Assembly (NCBI GenBank): GCA_002633005.1
Contig: NMRA01000418.1
Span: 144,435 to 181,015, forward strand
Source: Phoronis australis
Lineage: Eukaryota > Animalia > Phoronida
Length of the DNA: 36,581 nt
Reading direction: 5' to 3'
Positions 1 to 12,134 of this stretch are shown here, piece after piece (the first letter of the stretch is position 1; every line of letters begins with the position of its first letter). The translations under genes were made by a program, and so were the position numbers. The notes under the pieces were generated by a model. That model was not told the DNA's origin. It saw only the letters and a list, made by a program, of their open reading frames with translations, and did not search any database.

Positions 1-479
1 CCCGCCGTTTACCTTAACCACTGGGGTTAGAACCAATTTTATTTAGTGGGAATGTTCATAGCATGTAAAACAAAATGTTAATTAAATGAAGTACATGTAA
101 ATATTTCTATCTGTTGGTACCCCGAGTTTGTAAAAAATGCTTAGCTTTCAGGAAAATCAAGATGCACAAATATTCATAAAAAAGTTCCTAAGATGCTCTA
201 GAGTATAAATAACAAAAGATCTAAAGGAAGACATGTGAAGTTGCTATTGCACTGTAATCAACCTGTTATTTCTGCTCTGACCTGCCAGGGTGTGTTTTGT
301 GTTAAAAAAGCCGATACTGGGCAATTTTAAGCGGTAGGAACCTACCACCTACTTTACTGAGTACTTTTTCTCACCCTCACTCTAGTCACTCGTTTTGTGT
401 CTTTCAGTGCATTGGGTTATTGGGTGCATCATGTATGAAATGATTTCATAGCAATCATTGTCTCTGAGTCATCTTTCAT

Positions 480-1470
480 ATTTATGATCCATCGATCTTT
501 ATAAGAATTAGCCTACTTTTTCTGCTGAGCCTCGAGTAGATTAAAAAGGGGTTTAGAAACGTTAGAAGAAACTGTTGGAGACAACGGGAACAACAGAGGG
601 ATGCAGCTAGGAGAAGAATAAATATCTGCTGGAATTCTCTGAAAACATGCAATTGTGAATCAAAAAATTTATAACAGTACTGTACTTGCGGGTACTGTGA
701 TGTGACATCAGCTTTACTACTATATACATGGGCATGGGTCAGAACCATCAACAACATGTCCCAGAAAATATGTTTGTTCGAGCTCTCATTTCAAAAACAA
801 ATAATTAAAATGTGTTCTCATTACAATGATTATTCAATGTTTTAAACTTTGTTTCACACTTTATATTTTGACAGTCACATTTGCTTATTAGTTTTGAGTT
901 AGTATTCTAATTAACCCATTAAAACATTTTTCCTGATAAACTAACACCTTTCAAATACAAAATGATTATCACTTTCATTTCCATCTGTATTGCTTACCAT
1001 CTTCAAATGGAAGAGAAGATCTTTGGGGGTTGTTTCACATATTTAAACACATGTATCGGAAAGTTAACATCCTAGAATATATTTGTAACATACGGCCACC
1101 TGTGACGATTTCGTGCAAATGGTCAGTCACTACATCTTAATTACATTGATTAACAGTGCCAAAAGACCAATACAGCTTAAATAGTGCAAATGTATTAATT
1201 ATTCTGAATTGATATCTTTAATTCACAAAAACAATTTATTACTAGAAATTCAGAGCGTACGTCCGTCACTAACTCAACTTAATACATCAAACTGTCTCAC
1301 AAAAATTTCTTAGAAGATACCGGCAAAAAAATTAGTGTGTTGTACTTTGCAAACATTCCACTAATTCTTCATATAAAACGAAAATTGTAACTTTATGCCA
1401 CTCAAAGAAAATTAACCTTAACAACTTAAAAAAATAATTCAAATTGTCTGCGTAAGTCCGTCACACCTCA
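480..1470. repeat. Intronic block duplicated in direct orientation at ~9240-10213 plus 11825-12060
   Basis: Collinear matches include ataaatatctgctggaat (~620 and ~9340), tacatgggcatg..tcagaaccat (~725 and ~9740), aatgattatcact (961 and ~9993), tagaaattcagagcgtacgtcc (~1243 and ~11897), and aaaaaattagtgtgttgtactttgcaaacattccact (~1326 and ~11991). Boundaries are approximate. Confidence 0.85.
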
Positions 1471-1962
1471 GACAATTTTCTCAGTCAGACCAAGTTAGGG
1501 GAAAAGCTCAAGTGAATGCTTTGAAAGCTATCAACGACACCTATCAAACAGGAACCGAACAAATAATTGCACAGAGCTCCTAGCGATGAGTCTTGGGATC
1601 ATTTTGTCCACCTGTAATTCCTTGAGGTGGGAATTTTTGGAAATTGAAGTTGTTAACTCTGGCATTTTCTATGAGTCAAATGGTTCAAGTGGCAGGTAGA
1701 GAGAATGCAATATTAATAAAAAATTTGAAAGTACCCCAAGAATGCAACACATGAAATTAAGGTCATGAAGGAAAACGTATAACATGCATTACCAATGGTG
1801 ATTACTGAGAAAGCACATCTCAATGTATCTTGGAGGTTACAATAGAATCGTGGTTCATTACAACAATTTCCTAAGTAATATGTAGTTACTGACATCCTAC
1901 TAATGCACATTGTAACCTAAAACAGGAATGAGTACCATGACACAGTTTAAATAGCAACTTAC

Positions 1963-2286
1963 CGATCTCCGTAAGGACCTCAGTTTCAGCGTACAAAGTA
2001 GCCTGCCTGTTGGACACTTGACATCTAAACTGTACGCCATCATCAGCTGCATCCAAGTTGACCGTCAGTGTGCTGGTGCTGTTAGTGGTTCCATCATTGT
2101 TGTTGGCAGTAGTCTTGGTAACATTCTCTGTTATGTCTGTGTAGTCACCGCTACCTATTCGACGTGACCACACCATAGATGCCTGTGGTTTGCCCAAGTT
2201 GGCCGTACATATGAGGACAGTTGGTCCTGCTCCACCAAGAACAGGCTGCGTCGGGGCTCCAGATATAGATGGTGTACTTGGACGGA
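1963..2286 (-). CDS. Internal exon encoding a C2-set (CD80/nectin/nephrin-type) Ig domain of an Ig-superfamily cell-surface protein
   Basis: Acceptor ttttttccacatgaacag|TC at 2287 and donor ATCG|gtaagt at 1962. The exon is 324 nt, phase 1-1 and open: (F)RPSTPSISGAPTQPVLGGAGPTVLICTANLGKPQASMVWSRR...NDGTTNSTSTLTVNLDAADDGVQFRCQVSN...TEI. It has the B-strand Cys, G-K-P, C-strand Trp, STLT and D-x-G-x-x-F-x-C, plus N-glycosylation sequons NVT and NST. Confidence 0.92.
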
Positions 2287-2474
2287 CTGTTCATGTGGAA
2301 AAAAGTATAAATTAAGCATTACAGCACCAATGTATGTAGATGGTGACAATAATGGACTCTGCGCATGCGTATTACTGGGATTGTTATGGGATGTTATTGA
2401 CAGTAACCCGTTTATTAATATGAGAAGGAATTATTTAAAATTGTAGGAGAAATTACATGTTAATATTTCGATTA

Positions 2475-3200
2475 CCTTTCCACTAATTGACCTTTTCTGG
2501 TGCATCATGAGTCCTGATGAGGGAAAAATTCTAAACTCAATTAAAAGTGTGGTTGATGCTAAGAATTACAGAATTTTTACGTTAAGCACTTCAGAATACA
2601 AGATGAATGAATTGGTCAAACTTTCAAAAGAAAAATGCACCTAATGACCATATGGGTGCACCAAATGGCCTGAAAATATAGAATTCAAACTTAATCGCAT
2701 CTAGTAAACAGAAATGTAATTTTGAAGTCTCTAGCTCAAAAGTTTAGTTTCACTCAATGACCTTCGACCTATTTTTTCTGACTGGTTCTTCCTATTGCGT
2801 AGTAAAGTAGCGTGTTCAATTGGCATGTTGACTTACACCAGTGTGCTGAAATTGAAAAGAATTCCTTGAAAACTGTAGACCTTTGCACTAATTGACCCTA
2901 TCTGGTTTATTATAAGCATCTTTTAGGGAATTATTGCAAAGCCCGTGAAAAGTGTGCTTAATGCTGATAATCACAGTTGTCTAACGGTTGAGACATCAGA
3001 ATACTTGGTGAATGAAAAGGACGAATTTTCTGAAGAAAAATGCACCTAATGACCCAATGATTGCACTAAATGACCGCAAACTTTGTATTTCGAATTGAAT
3101 TAGACATACCAATCAGACTTGTGAATTTGAAGTGTCTAGCTCAAAATTTTAGTTTGCACCTAATGACCTTTGACCTATTTCACCCGATTGGATGACCCGA
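2475..3200. repeat. Diverged tandem repeat, ~405-bp unit x2, with a further partial unit at ~4870-5080
   Basis: cactaattgacc at 2481 and 2886, ctagctcaaaa at 2731 and 3136, and aaaaatgcacctaatgacc in both units. Segment 2818-2872 is identical to 4938-4992, and 4873-4917 also matches window positions 20-65. Confidence 0.8.
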
Positions 3201-3246
3201 TTACCATGTCGTGAACACATCCACTAAAACAAAAAACTGTAGGAAC

Positions 3247-4868
3247 ACGGCATTTATCCACCTTCACTCTTATCAGGCTTCTATTGTGAGTCAGCATACG
3301 TGAATAATTGGCTGATAAGCCACCTCTGGAACTACTTTTGGCTGAATGGATGACAAGGCAATAAAATGATAATTAGCCAAGACCAGTTACTATAATGCAA
3401 CAAAGAATAATGTCTTGCATCACCTAGCCTTGGTGGAAAGCTGTATACTGTATTGGCTCAAACAAACGCTTAGAAAAATTCATTTCACGGAGAGGGGACG
3501 CTTATTGTAGTGAGCCTACGGCAGTTGAAACCCGGTTTCCCAAACGGGTAAAATCGGAAGCTATGATTCATCAAGTTTACGCTCTGTGACGTAGTTGTAG
3601 CCTGTGACAGCCTTTCTACAAAATTGTGGTGGATTGCTATCAACTTCCGTTGTTAAATTACAATAATTTTTCAAAAAATTGTCCTCATCACAGGGCGAAA
3701 ACTTGCCGACTGATGCGTCGCTGAATCGCAATCGTCAATAGCAAAACTTGAACTCTTGAATAAAAATATAGTTTCGACTCAACAAATTACCTGAAATCTT
3801 TGTTCCTTATGTTTTAAAAATTTTAAAGTTCATGTGGAGTCCAGATTAATTGCGATTAAGTCCAAATCTGCACTACATCGTACCCCACAACACAAGAAAA
3901 ATCTCTGGATGAACACACATGTTGTTGTCACGTGACGTTTGTTTTGACGTTCGTCTGCGTATGAGAGTGAGTGAGCGTGCGTGTGCTGGTCATCGACGAC
4001 AGACTTTTTTGTTACAAAAGGCGGAGGATTATGCAAGACAATGGCATTTACTAGTTTGTTTTTCCCTTAAACGGCTGCAACATGCAAGGTGAGTGCTGGT
4101 TAGCTCACAGATTTTGCATGCACAGGCCGACTGTTGTTAGCTCTGCCGTGGAGTATTAATAGTCCAAGTCTCGATCTACATGTTGGGGACGAGGTGAACT
4201 ACCCGGGCTGTGTGAAATTTCTGGGTCTAACGGAGACACTGACGCAGTGGTCAGCCAGCTCGCTGTATCAAGACTATAGTCAAAATCCAAATTCGTTTGA
4301 TCGTGTCCCTGTCAATAATAACGGCATGCTAAAGCCTTCTTAATTTTCGTACTTCAGGAACATAACAATCACGTGTTTTGTACACATACGCCGCAGATCA
4401 CATCTCGGAAATTGCCGATTTGACGGATGACAATGAATGAACACAATAAAATTAACAACGTCGTTTTACAGCTTGTAAGATTCATAATAAACGTACGCAT
4501 TTTGAATATTGCAATGCATGTGTTCCAAAATCTAAATAACTTGGGTCCTATATTTTTGTATTAGTGCGCGCCGAATGAAAGTAATCGTGAGTGTTGCTGT
4601 GTTGCAAAAATCTCTTATCCTGGGCCGATTTGAAAAATTCAAAGTTGTACTCATATTTGTTTTCGCTCATCTTTTCAAATATTACAGTAAAAACTACGTA
4701 AAACTCTCTACATAAAAAGTACAGTCTGCTAGCTAGATTGTAAACAGCTGATCATATCCGCATGAGCGAAGCCAATTATCCTGGCTCGTGACTCGATGAC
4801 TAGAGCAGCTTGACGGCATCCCTTTGATCGTGAGCCGAGTGCGACTCAGCCAAGGTGGATAAATACGG
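3247..4868. mobile_element. Unclassified non-autonomous element with imperfect inverted ends, interrupting the 405-bp array
   Basis: Left atttatccacctt...gagtca...ataattggct is mirrored by right agccaattat...tgactc...aaggtggataaat. The flanking array resumes after 4870. No clear target-site duplication (TSD). Confidence 0.5.
3448..4085 (+). mobile_element. Fragment of a pogo/Tc1-mariner-type non-autonomous family; other copies at ~18820-19399 (inverted) and ~23935-24330
   Basis: Starts TA|ctgtattggc, a degenerate version of the CCGTATTCGC end at 19399. Shares gttgaaacccggt, tttacgctctgtgacgta, ttcgactcaacaaattacctgaaatc and gaacacacatgttgttgtcacgtgacgtttg with the other copies. Confidence 0.75.
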
Positions 4869-6057
4869 TCTACTGGGGTTAGGACCAATCTTATTTAGTG
4901 GGAATGTTCATAGCATGCTTAGAAAAGTAATTTTTTAAATTGGCATGTTGACTTACACCAGTGTGCTGAAATTGAAAAGAATTCCTTGAAAAACTTAAGA
5001 CATATAACATTTTGAACGTTACATGGCCTTTGCACTGATTGACCTGATCCGGTGCATTTTAAGCATCTTGAAGAGAATTATAATAATTAAATATTACTTG
5101 ACCGCATTTCCAAGTAACAACTGTCAGGCGACTGAGACATTGCTTGCTAACAGCGGGACCGAACACTGCCGCAGTGCGATAGGCCTATTGCAAGTGATAT
5201 AAATAGGATAATCTGAACATCTTGCATTGAAANGTAAAGAATGAAGATATCCCAGGTATTTTTCCCATGAGTGTGTTGACAGATGCATGCTGTGTACTCA
5301 GGTAGGTATTGTGCCTTCTCCGGTTTCTTCCAGAAAACTGGTATTCTCCAGGGTGGACTTCTAGATGAAGGTCTTCATTTTGTAACTGAGTATGATCACT
5401 TCCGTTTCTCTGTATAAGGCAAAGAACTTGAGGATATTCCAGTAGACACTAGCCACTTACTTGTGTATTTTTAACAAGGTTCCTGTGTGATACTATGTAG
5501 GACTCATTCAGTTAATAAAAAGTTAAGTAGCTCAGTATGGCAATGACTTTTTAAGTGCCCATGTTATCACTGAACACTGGTTGATCAATGATGTCGTAAG
5601 GAGTTCCAACCACAATTTTAGAAGGAAAATGGATGCTGTAATTTTTAAAAACAGCAAGCCAACAATTTTTTTGATAGAGGGTGAGCCCAGGCCTATTACA
5701 GACCTGGGTACCATACGCAAAAAATGCGGATTCGTATGGAAATCAAGCCTCCAGTACGCAAGTACGCGCGACCAGGCAAAAATATGCAAATTCAGCAAAT
5801 TCAAAATTATTAATTTGCTTGCTTCTCGCAGATTTGTAGTCTAAACAGACGAGGAAGGAGGTTTTAAAGTTAGAAATTAGAAAAACATATTGTAAAATCA
5901 TTATTTTAGCCAAAACGTTGAGCTACAAACTCGCAAAACTTCCTTCGTTTTATTCTCGAAATAGCCTGATAATCAGCGAATCGCGAGGCCTCTTCTATCG
6001 CCATGTGTTTCACAGGCCTAATCTATAAGCAAAGACTATGATTTGTGGATTGCTTAC

Positions 6058-6232
6058 CAGGGCTCAACGCTATTAAAATTGCCAGGTCGCATTTTGCGAC
6101 CTAGCCAAAATCGCAGGTCGCATTTTCAAAATCCAGCTCGCATTCGTAAATGCCAGGTCGCAAAATTTTCCCGCCATTTTTTAGATCATCGAGAAAATGT
6201 TTAGATTATGTTCTTACCTGTGGCGTTNATAA
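6058..6232 (+). mobile_element. Truncated left end of the hAT-like element, a duplicate of 6582-6775
   Basis: cagggctcaacgctattaa...ccaggtcgcattttgcgacctagccaaaatc...aaaattttcccgccattttt is nearly identical to the sequence from 6582 onward. Confidence 0.8.
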
Positions 6233-6234
6233 CT

Positions 6235-6536
6235 AATCTGAGGGCAAGAGAATCTTTGTTGGGATCATCCGCTGTTATGACATTTTTCTCGTCATGTGGC
6301 GAAGCGACGATAACACTCTTTGAAAAGTGCCACGCGTTCCGTGTATTACTAGAGGTAAGATTAACCGCCCCAAGGGCGGTTGCCTGTCGTAATAAGCGCC
6401 CATGTTCGGTTAACCGCCCACCCTGGATTTCTTGAAATTTCACGTTTAAGTGCCTATATGTCTGGTTAACCGCCCACCCACGATTTTTTGGGTTTGCCAA
6501 TTTAACCGCCCAGGGCATTAACCCGAACGTTTACGG
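6235..6536. mobile_element. Right end of a TA-targeting (pogo-type) MITE
   Basis: Four subterminal ttaaccgccc motifs (6361, ~6410, ~6466, ~6502) and the terminus tttacgg|TA at 6536-6538. The matching left end was not found. Confidence 0.5.
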
Positions 6537-6581
6537 TATTATCACAAGATGCCCTGTAACTGTGTCATGTTGGCAAAATCT

Positions 6582-8661
6582 GAGGGCTCGACGCTATTAA
6601 TATCGCCAGGTCGCATTATGCGACCTAGCCAAAATCCCAGGTCGCATTTTCAAAATCCAGCTCGCATTCGTAAATGCCAAGTCGCAAAATTTTCCCGCCA
6701 TTTTTACGCGCCAAAATAGATTTTTTATATCACTGAGAAAATGTTTAGATTATGCTCTTACCTGCCGCGTTAAATACTCACAAATTTCGGATCTCGAAAT
6801 TGACTTCATTCATGCAGGTACGGCCTTACTGTTCTTCACGACCGCCATTGAAAGACTCTAGAGCGCAAGGCAAGTTGCTGACGTGAAAGTTGATTCATTG
6901 CTCTCTGACTGACTTGTGCATTCGAGTAGCTAAATTTGCGATGTGAAAAGGGAGAAAATGCCCGTTGAAAAAGTATCCGGGATTTTGTTAGATCTGGCCT
7001 GCTACTGGCTGTCATCAAAGTTGTTAACGATTCAAACTAACTCGGGTAGTGGCGAAAGTCAGTCACAAAACGACACGCATGTCATTAGTGTTAACTTTCT
7101 TTCCGAGGTATAAAACAAAGCCGGGATTTGGTTTTCCAATCGTGAAAAGACATTTTTGAAAACTGAAGTTGTGTAAAATGAAAGTGACACGCCATATAAG
7201 CTGCGTGTCAATTTTAAACCACACACTCGTTCGTTTGTAGTACGCTATGATTGGCACTAGCTTGAACTGTGGGCGCTTAATTGGAAATCCTCAAAATTTA
7301 AGGGGGGACTTTTAATAAATCAGTGAGCGCTTATTATGAAAAACTTTAAAGGTAGGGAGTAGGCTTGTGCGTGAGCATAGTCGTTAACCTTAGTGTTTGC
7401 GGTAATAAGATATTAAAACGCTGCAATGGTAAGAAACGTTATAATAATAGGATTTTGCGAGGCAAACTCCATCTAGTAGGAGTGACTTTCTGGATATAGT
7501 TACCACCTACTGTACATTGTACCCTTTTTAGCCACCCGAAATGACTGTTTTTAACTGCCCGCTTCAGCCGGAACAAGGTTGTTTCTATAGGTGTCTGAAC
7601 ATTTTACAATTTCGCATCTAGTGCCAGTTTAGTTGCAATAGCTGGCTACGGGCATAGAATACAGCGTTTACAGAACATCGACCTCGGGAAACATCGGAAC
7701 AGGAAAACGTCAGTTCTGGGTTATCGGTCCCGGGACATCGGGTCTTTTATAACCGCTGGGAATCTGAGTTCATTTTCAAATAAACCAGAGCCAAGCCGGT
7801 ATACATGTACTCTTTCATTTAGGACTGTCGCTGTTCTTTGAAGTGGTTCGCATGCGTGAGTTCACACACTTGAATCGCTGGAGTAGGCCTACAGTTTACG
7901 TTGGCAACAACGTGTGAAAGACAAATCATATTTCGCGCACGTAGTCCCAGAAACAATTAAAGGGTTTGAGAATTTCTTGGCAACTGAAAGTAAAGACGTG
8001 ACCGTCGTTTGGCGATTAATAAGGTTGTCATTTTCACTTTGGCTGCCTTAATACGATAAAAAGGAGAAGCACATCTCAGTCTCAAGTCACGATTGTCTAC
8101 CGGGACCGCTTGCGCGCTAACGGTGCCGCAGTGCGATATCAGGGATATTGTCGCGGATATTTGGTACATGTAATAAGGACATCTTATGTGAAAAATAAAC
8201 ATTTTTGTCCACCACAAAGTTTGGTAAGTTGGTCACTTAAGAATTAGTAGAAACACTGTTGTTTTGTGAAGTTTTATCACGTGTTAAGCAGTGGCCCGAA
8301 AGTTTCTTCGGCGAATCCGGGAATTTACAAAAGTGGCCGAAAGTGTTTAGCCAATGAAACGCTTCAAAGATCGATTCTGCATATCCCATGTTCACGCGAC
8401 TTGCTTACAAGTCATCGGGAGGGCTGTTCTCGGTTAGTGTTCTTTTGAACTTGGATTTGGCAACAACCAAATAACGGTCGGATTAACAAGAGCTGCTTTG
8501 TATTTGCCCTGTATCTGTTGAGAAGTGTAAAAACTCAGCTCGCATTCGTTGGAAATTCCAGGTCGCATTTTGCGACTTGATAAGAGCTGACAAAAATCTC
8601 AGCTCGCATTTCCAAATTTCAGGTCGCAAATGCGACCTGCAGCTCGTTATGTCGAGTCCTG
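6582..8661. mobile_element. Non-autonomous hAT-like DNA transposon (~2.1 kb)
   Basis: Termini (g)agggctcgac ... gtcgagtcctg fit a CAGGGCTCGAC-type terminal inverted repeat (TIR). Both ends have clusters of subterminal palindromes GTCGCATTTTGCGAC. There is no transposase ORF, and the 8-bp TSD is only partly retained (aaaat shared). Confidence 0.75.
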
Positions 8662-10213
8662 AAAATGCACTAATTTTAAGCAGTACGTGACATCTATTTC
8701 AGCAACAATAATGAAGGCACTTATATGCATCAAAAGATATTTTTTTAATTAAAATAATAAAGATAATGATGCAAAATTTGAAGTATGAGTGACAGAAGGT
8801 TATTCTTGATTTGCTGCAGGGAGACCTATAAAATTTTTTTCATTATCTTAAGTTCTTATAATTACGACACAAAATTACGAAACAATTTTGAAAATCAGCC
8901 CAGATTATCTGGGAAGCCTGAAATACATACACATTTAATTCCAACAAAAAATTTAATTCCAACACAACGGAAAAAAGTCAAGACGAAAACCTGTGGCTCA
9001 TACCCCAACGTGACTATTAGCATGGAAAAATGAAAGTCAAAAACAGACTATAAACTATAGAACACATCAATCACAATCCTAAGTTGGCCAAACTGTTCAG
9101 TTTAGAACAGCACTTACAGGAGATAATTGTTCATAAGTCATGCTGGCGTAGAATAAACTATGTGACATAAGAAATAACTACAAGGACACTCAAAATAGGC
9201 TTGCAGAATTTGTAAAAAATGGCTTGGACCAATCAGATCATTCAGAACCTGCCACGTGACCACTTCTTTCTGGAACTGCAAAACTCGTTTCGGTCAAAAT
9301 AAGACCACGGGAAGAACAGACGCAATCGGGAGAAAAATAAATATCTGCTGGAATATTCTCGGAAAAAAGGCCATCGTGGATCGAGAAATTCATAATTGTA
9401 CTTGCGCATACTGCGATGTGGCATTATTTAAGCCTCTCTTTAAATTTGAAAAGAAGGCATGAGTTAAGAGCTGGATGAAAACCTAATTATACATGTATTA
9501 ATCACAAAACAGAAACTAGCATCTGCTAAGTTAGCTCTACATATTCCTAAATCATAATCCTAAATGCAATTAATCTAAAATGTCTTGTTTTCACACTTGA
9601 AGATTTCACGCGTGGTTTGAATCAAAATATGAATGCCAAAAGTGGATGATGTGTACTAAAGCATATGCTTTACACTTTGTTTTAAGAAGATACTTAAGTC
9701 CCGTTACTAAAACTTTAAAAAACATCACAGTTATTACTTACATGGGCATGCATCAGAACCATTGACAGCATGGACCAGAGAATAAATTTGTACAAGCACT
9801 AAGGACAAGTTCTAATTTAAAAAACAATCAATTAAAATGCATTTTTAAGAGAGTGATTAGTAAATTAATGTTTCAAACTTCATTTCACATTTTATATTTC
9901 GACTGTCATATCTACTCATTAATTTTTAATTGGTGTTCTACTTAATGCTTAAAAACAGATTTTCCTGATAACTAACAGCTGTCAAATACATTAATGATTA
10001 TCACTCTTATTCCCATTGATAATGCTTACCCTCTTCAAAGAGAATTGAAGATTTTAGGTGATTGTTTTATATCTTTAATACAATGTATTGAAAAGTTAAA
10101 ATCCTAGAGTATGTTCCTAGTATAGCCCAGCCTGTGATGGTTTCATGCAAAAGGTCAATCGGTACATTTGAATTAAAAACATTGATTAGTAGCAAAAGAC
10201 CAATATAGCTTAA

Positions 10214-11824
10214 AAGGGAACTGTAATTTATTCTGAATATATTCTGGATAGTTTTCTATGAATTGTTGATTAATTTCACAAATAATTCAACACCAAAAAT
10301 TAAACTTATATTCTCTAACGAAGCTAAAAAAATTACCGGCTTGGAGCGCTGCTTAGTCTCATCACGTATTTGGCGGGGGCAAAGTCATTGTCCTGTATTA
10401 GCGTGCAATCAAGTAGCGTTCTTCATATTGTCGGAATAAGAAATTTTAGTGTGAAATGTCGGGTCACCAGGGATACCTGTTTGAGCCGAGGCAACACAAA
10501 GTGATACCCAGTCATCGTCATCGTTAGACGAAAATTTGCCGGCACAACTGGTGTCAGTGACTGTGCCGAGGGCAATGTGGACTCTAGCCATCCAGTCAGC
10601 CAGCTGTCAGCCAATACTCCGGCAGCTCTGTAAACTTGAAGGGTTGGTAAGTTACCTACTGTAGCTGTATGAAGACTATCGCACCACTGTGTGTTGAGCT
10701 CCGTTAACCCCGAAATTTCAGACAGCCATTGACTACCCCGGTATAGTTGACTCAGTTATGCTCGTCACCTCGTCGTAAAACTTAGGCTACATCAACATAT
10801 AAAGCTAACGGACCGGCGGGGGCGCATGCAAAATCTGATATAGTCACCCGACACTTCCATTGTTCGTTGCAGCCGTTTAAGTGGAAAACAATCAAATAAA
10901 CGTCCTTTGGTAGCATAATTTGCCGCCTTTTTAACAAAGAAGTGTGTCGTCCGTTTCAAGAACAGCACGCTCGTGACACGGCGCACGCGCCATTTCATAA
11001 AAATTTGAGACGTCTTTCGGGACATGATAACAGCTTCGCAGCACCAAGGTTGTTCTAAAATTCGGTTTGCTGATGTAAAAATACTAAAAACTTGAAACAA
11101 AATGAAACAAGCTCCGATAATTTGTTATAACATGTACGCAACCTAGGTACCGTCAGCGACGAACACTTGATAAAAGAATCAGGGGGAAAAGAAACTGGTA
11201 AAGGTCAGGTGACGTAATCGCAAAAAGCCGAGAACACATCACACGATGAACGATCGCTAACATTTCCAACACCGGTAAATACAGAAGTTAGTTTACTCTA
11301 GGAACCTGGTTCCTAGGTTTACTCAAGGATGACTTAGTTTTAAGGACATTTATTTGAGTCAGATTTTATTTGTACATTTTTTACCCATATCGGCTAAAAC
11401 CTGTAGGCCCATATCTACACTGAGCTTTGGGCCAAGACTTGGGTAACCCGGCGATGGTATGCGATGACCATCCCTTTAGAAGACGCCTTTTTCGAAGAGT
11501 TTGAGCAACCAGGTGCCATACAAAAAGGCATAGCGAACCTTTTACAGCACTGAGGCAAACAATAAAAAATAAGGACGATTGATACAATGATAAATTACGA
11601 TGTAAACTCTTCAAATATGACATAAGCAATGAATGTGTAAAGCAGTCGATACCCCGCCGTTCACGTCACTGAAACATCAGCCAATCAGCGATCGCTTTCA
11701 GAATTCAGTGTTTTGACCATGAATTCGAATTGGCTTTAGTTTGGCACGCAAGTCAGGCAAATGTGAGTTTTATTTGTATGTTAGAACGGATTAACTGCAA
11801 CATTATTTTGACTACAGTTCCCTT
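10214..11824. mobile_element. Non-autonomous Kolobok-like (TTAA-targeting) DNA transposon
   Basis: TTAA|AAGGGAACTGTA ... TACAGTTCCCTT|T-TA(CATGTA)A, a 15-nt perfect inverted match between 10211-10225 and 11813-11827. The paralogous block at ~1175 shows the empty site cagcTTAAatagtgcaaa. Confidence 0.75.
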
Positions 11825-12134
11825 TTACATGTAAATACTGCAAAAGTTTGAGTCATTCTGAATTGATATCTTAGTCACAACGAACAATTTAATATTAGAA
11901 ATTCAGAGCGTACGTCCATCACGTAGGTCCGTCACACTAACTAAACTTATATTGAGCTGTCTGACAAAAATTTCTCAGAAGATATCATCAAAAAATTAGT
12001 GTGTTGTACTTTGCAAACATTCCACTGAACCATCCTGTAAAACATAACATTATAACTTATGGTAATACTGGCAATTATTTTGGTGCAAAGCAATTGAAGA
12101 TTTACAATAGTTATGTCACATGAACATTACTTAC

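Noticed and set aside
990-1030. Minus-strand G|GTAAGCA donor kept in both copies of the duplicated intron block (also ~10025)
   Set aside because: No conserved acceptor or frame-preserving exon upstream in both copies.
1886-2197. ORF-track start and end of the Ig ORFs (including the terminal CK of 12127-12477)
   Set aside because: The true limits are splice sites. The apparent Cys after VVD and the KLLFKLCH tail are intron read-through.
5190-5500. Minus-strand acceptor at ~5411 followed by an open frame inside the V-C2 intron
   Set aside because: Open only in phase 0, incompatible with the phase-1 V donor, and no recognisable domain.
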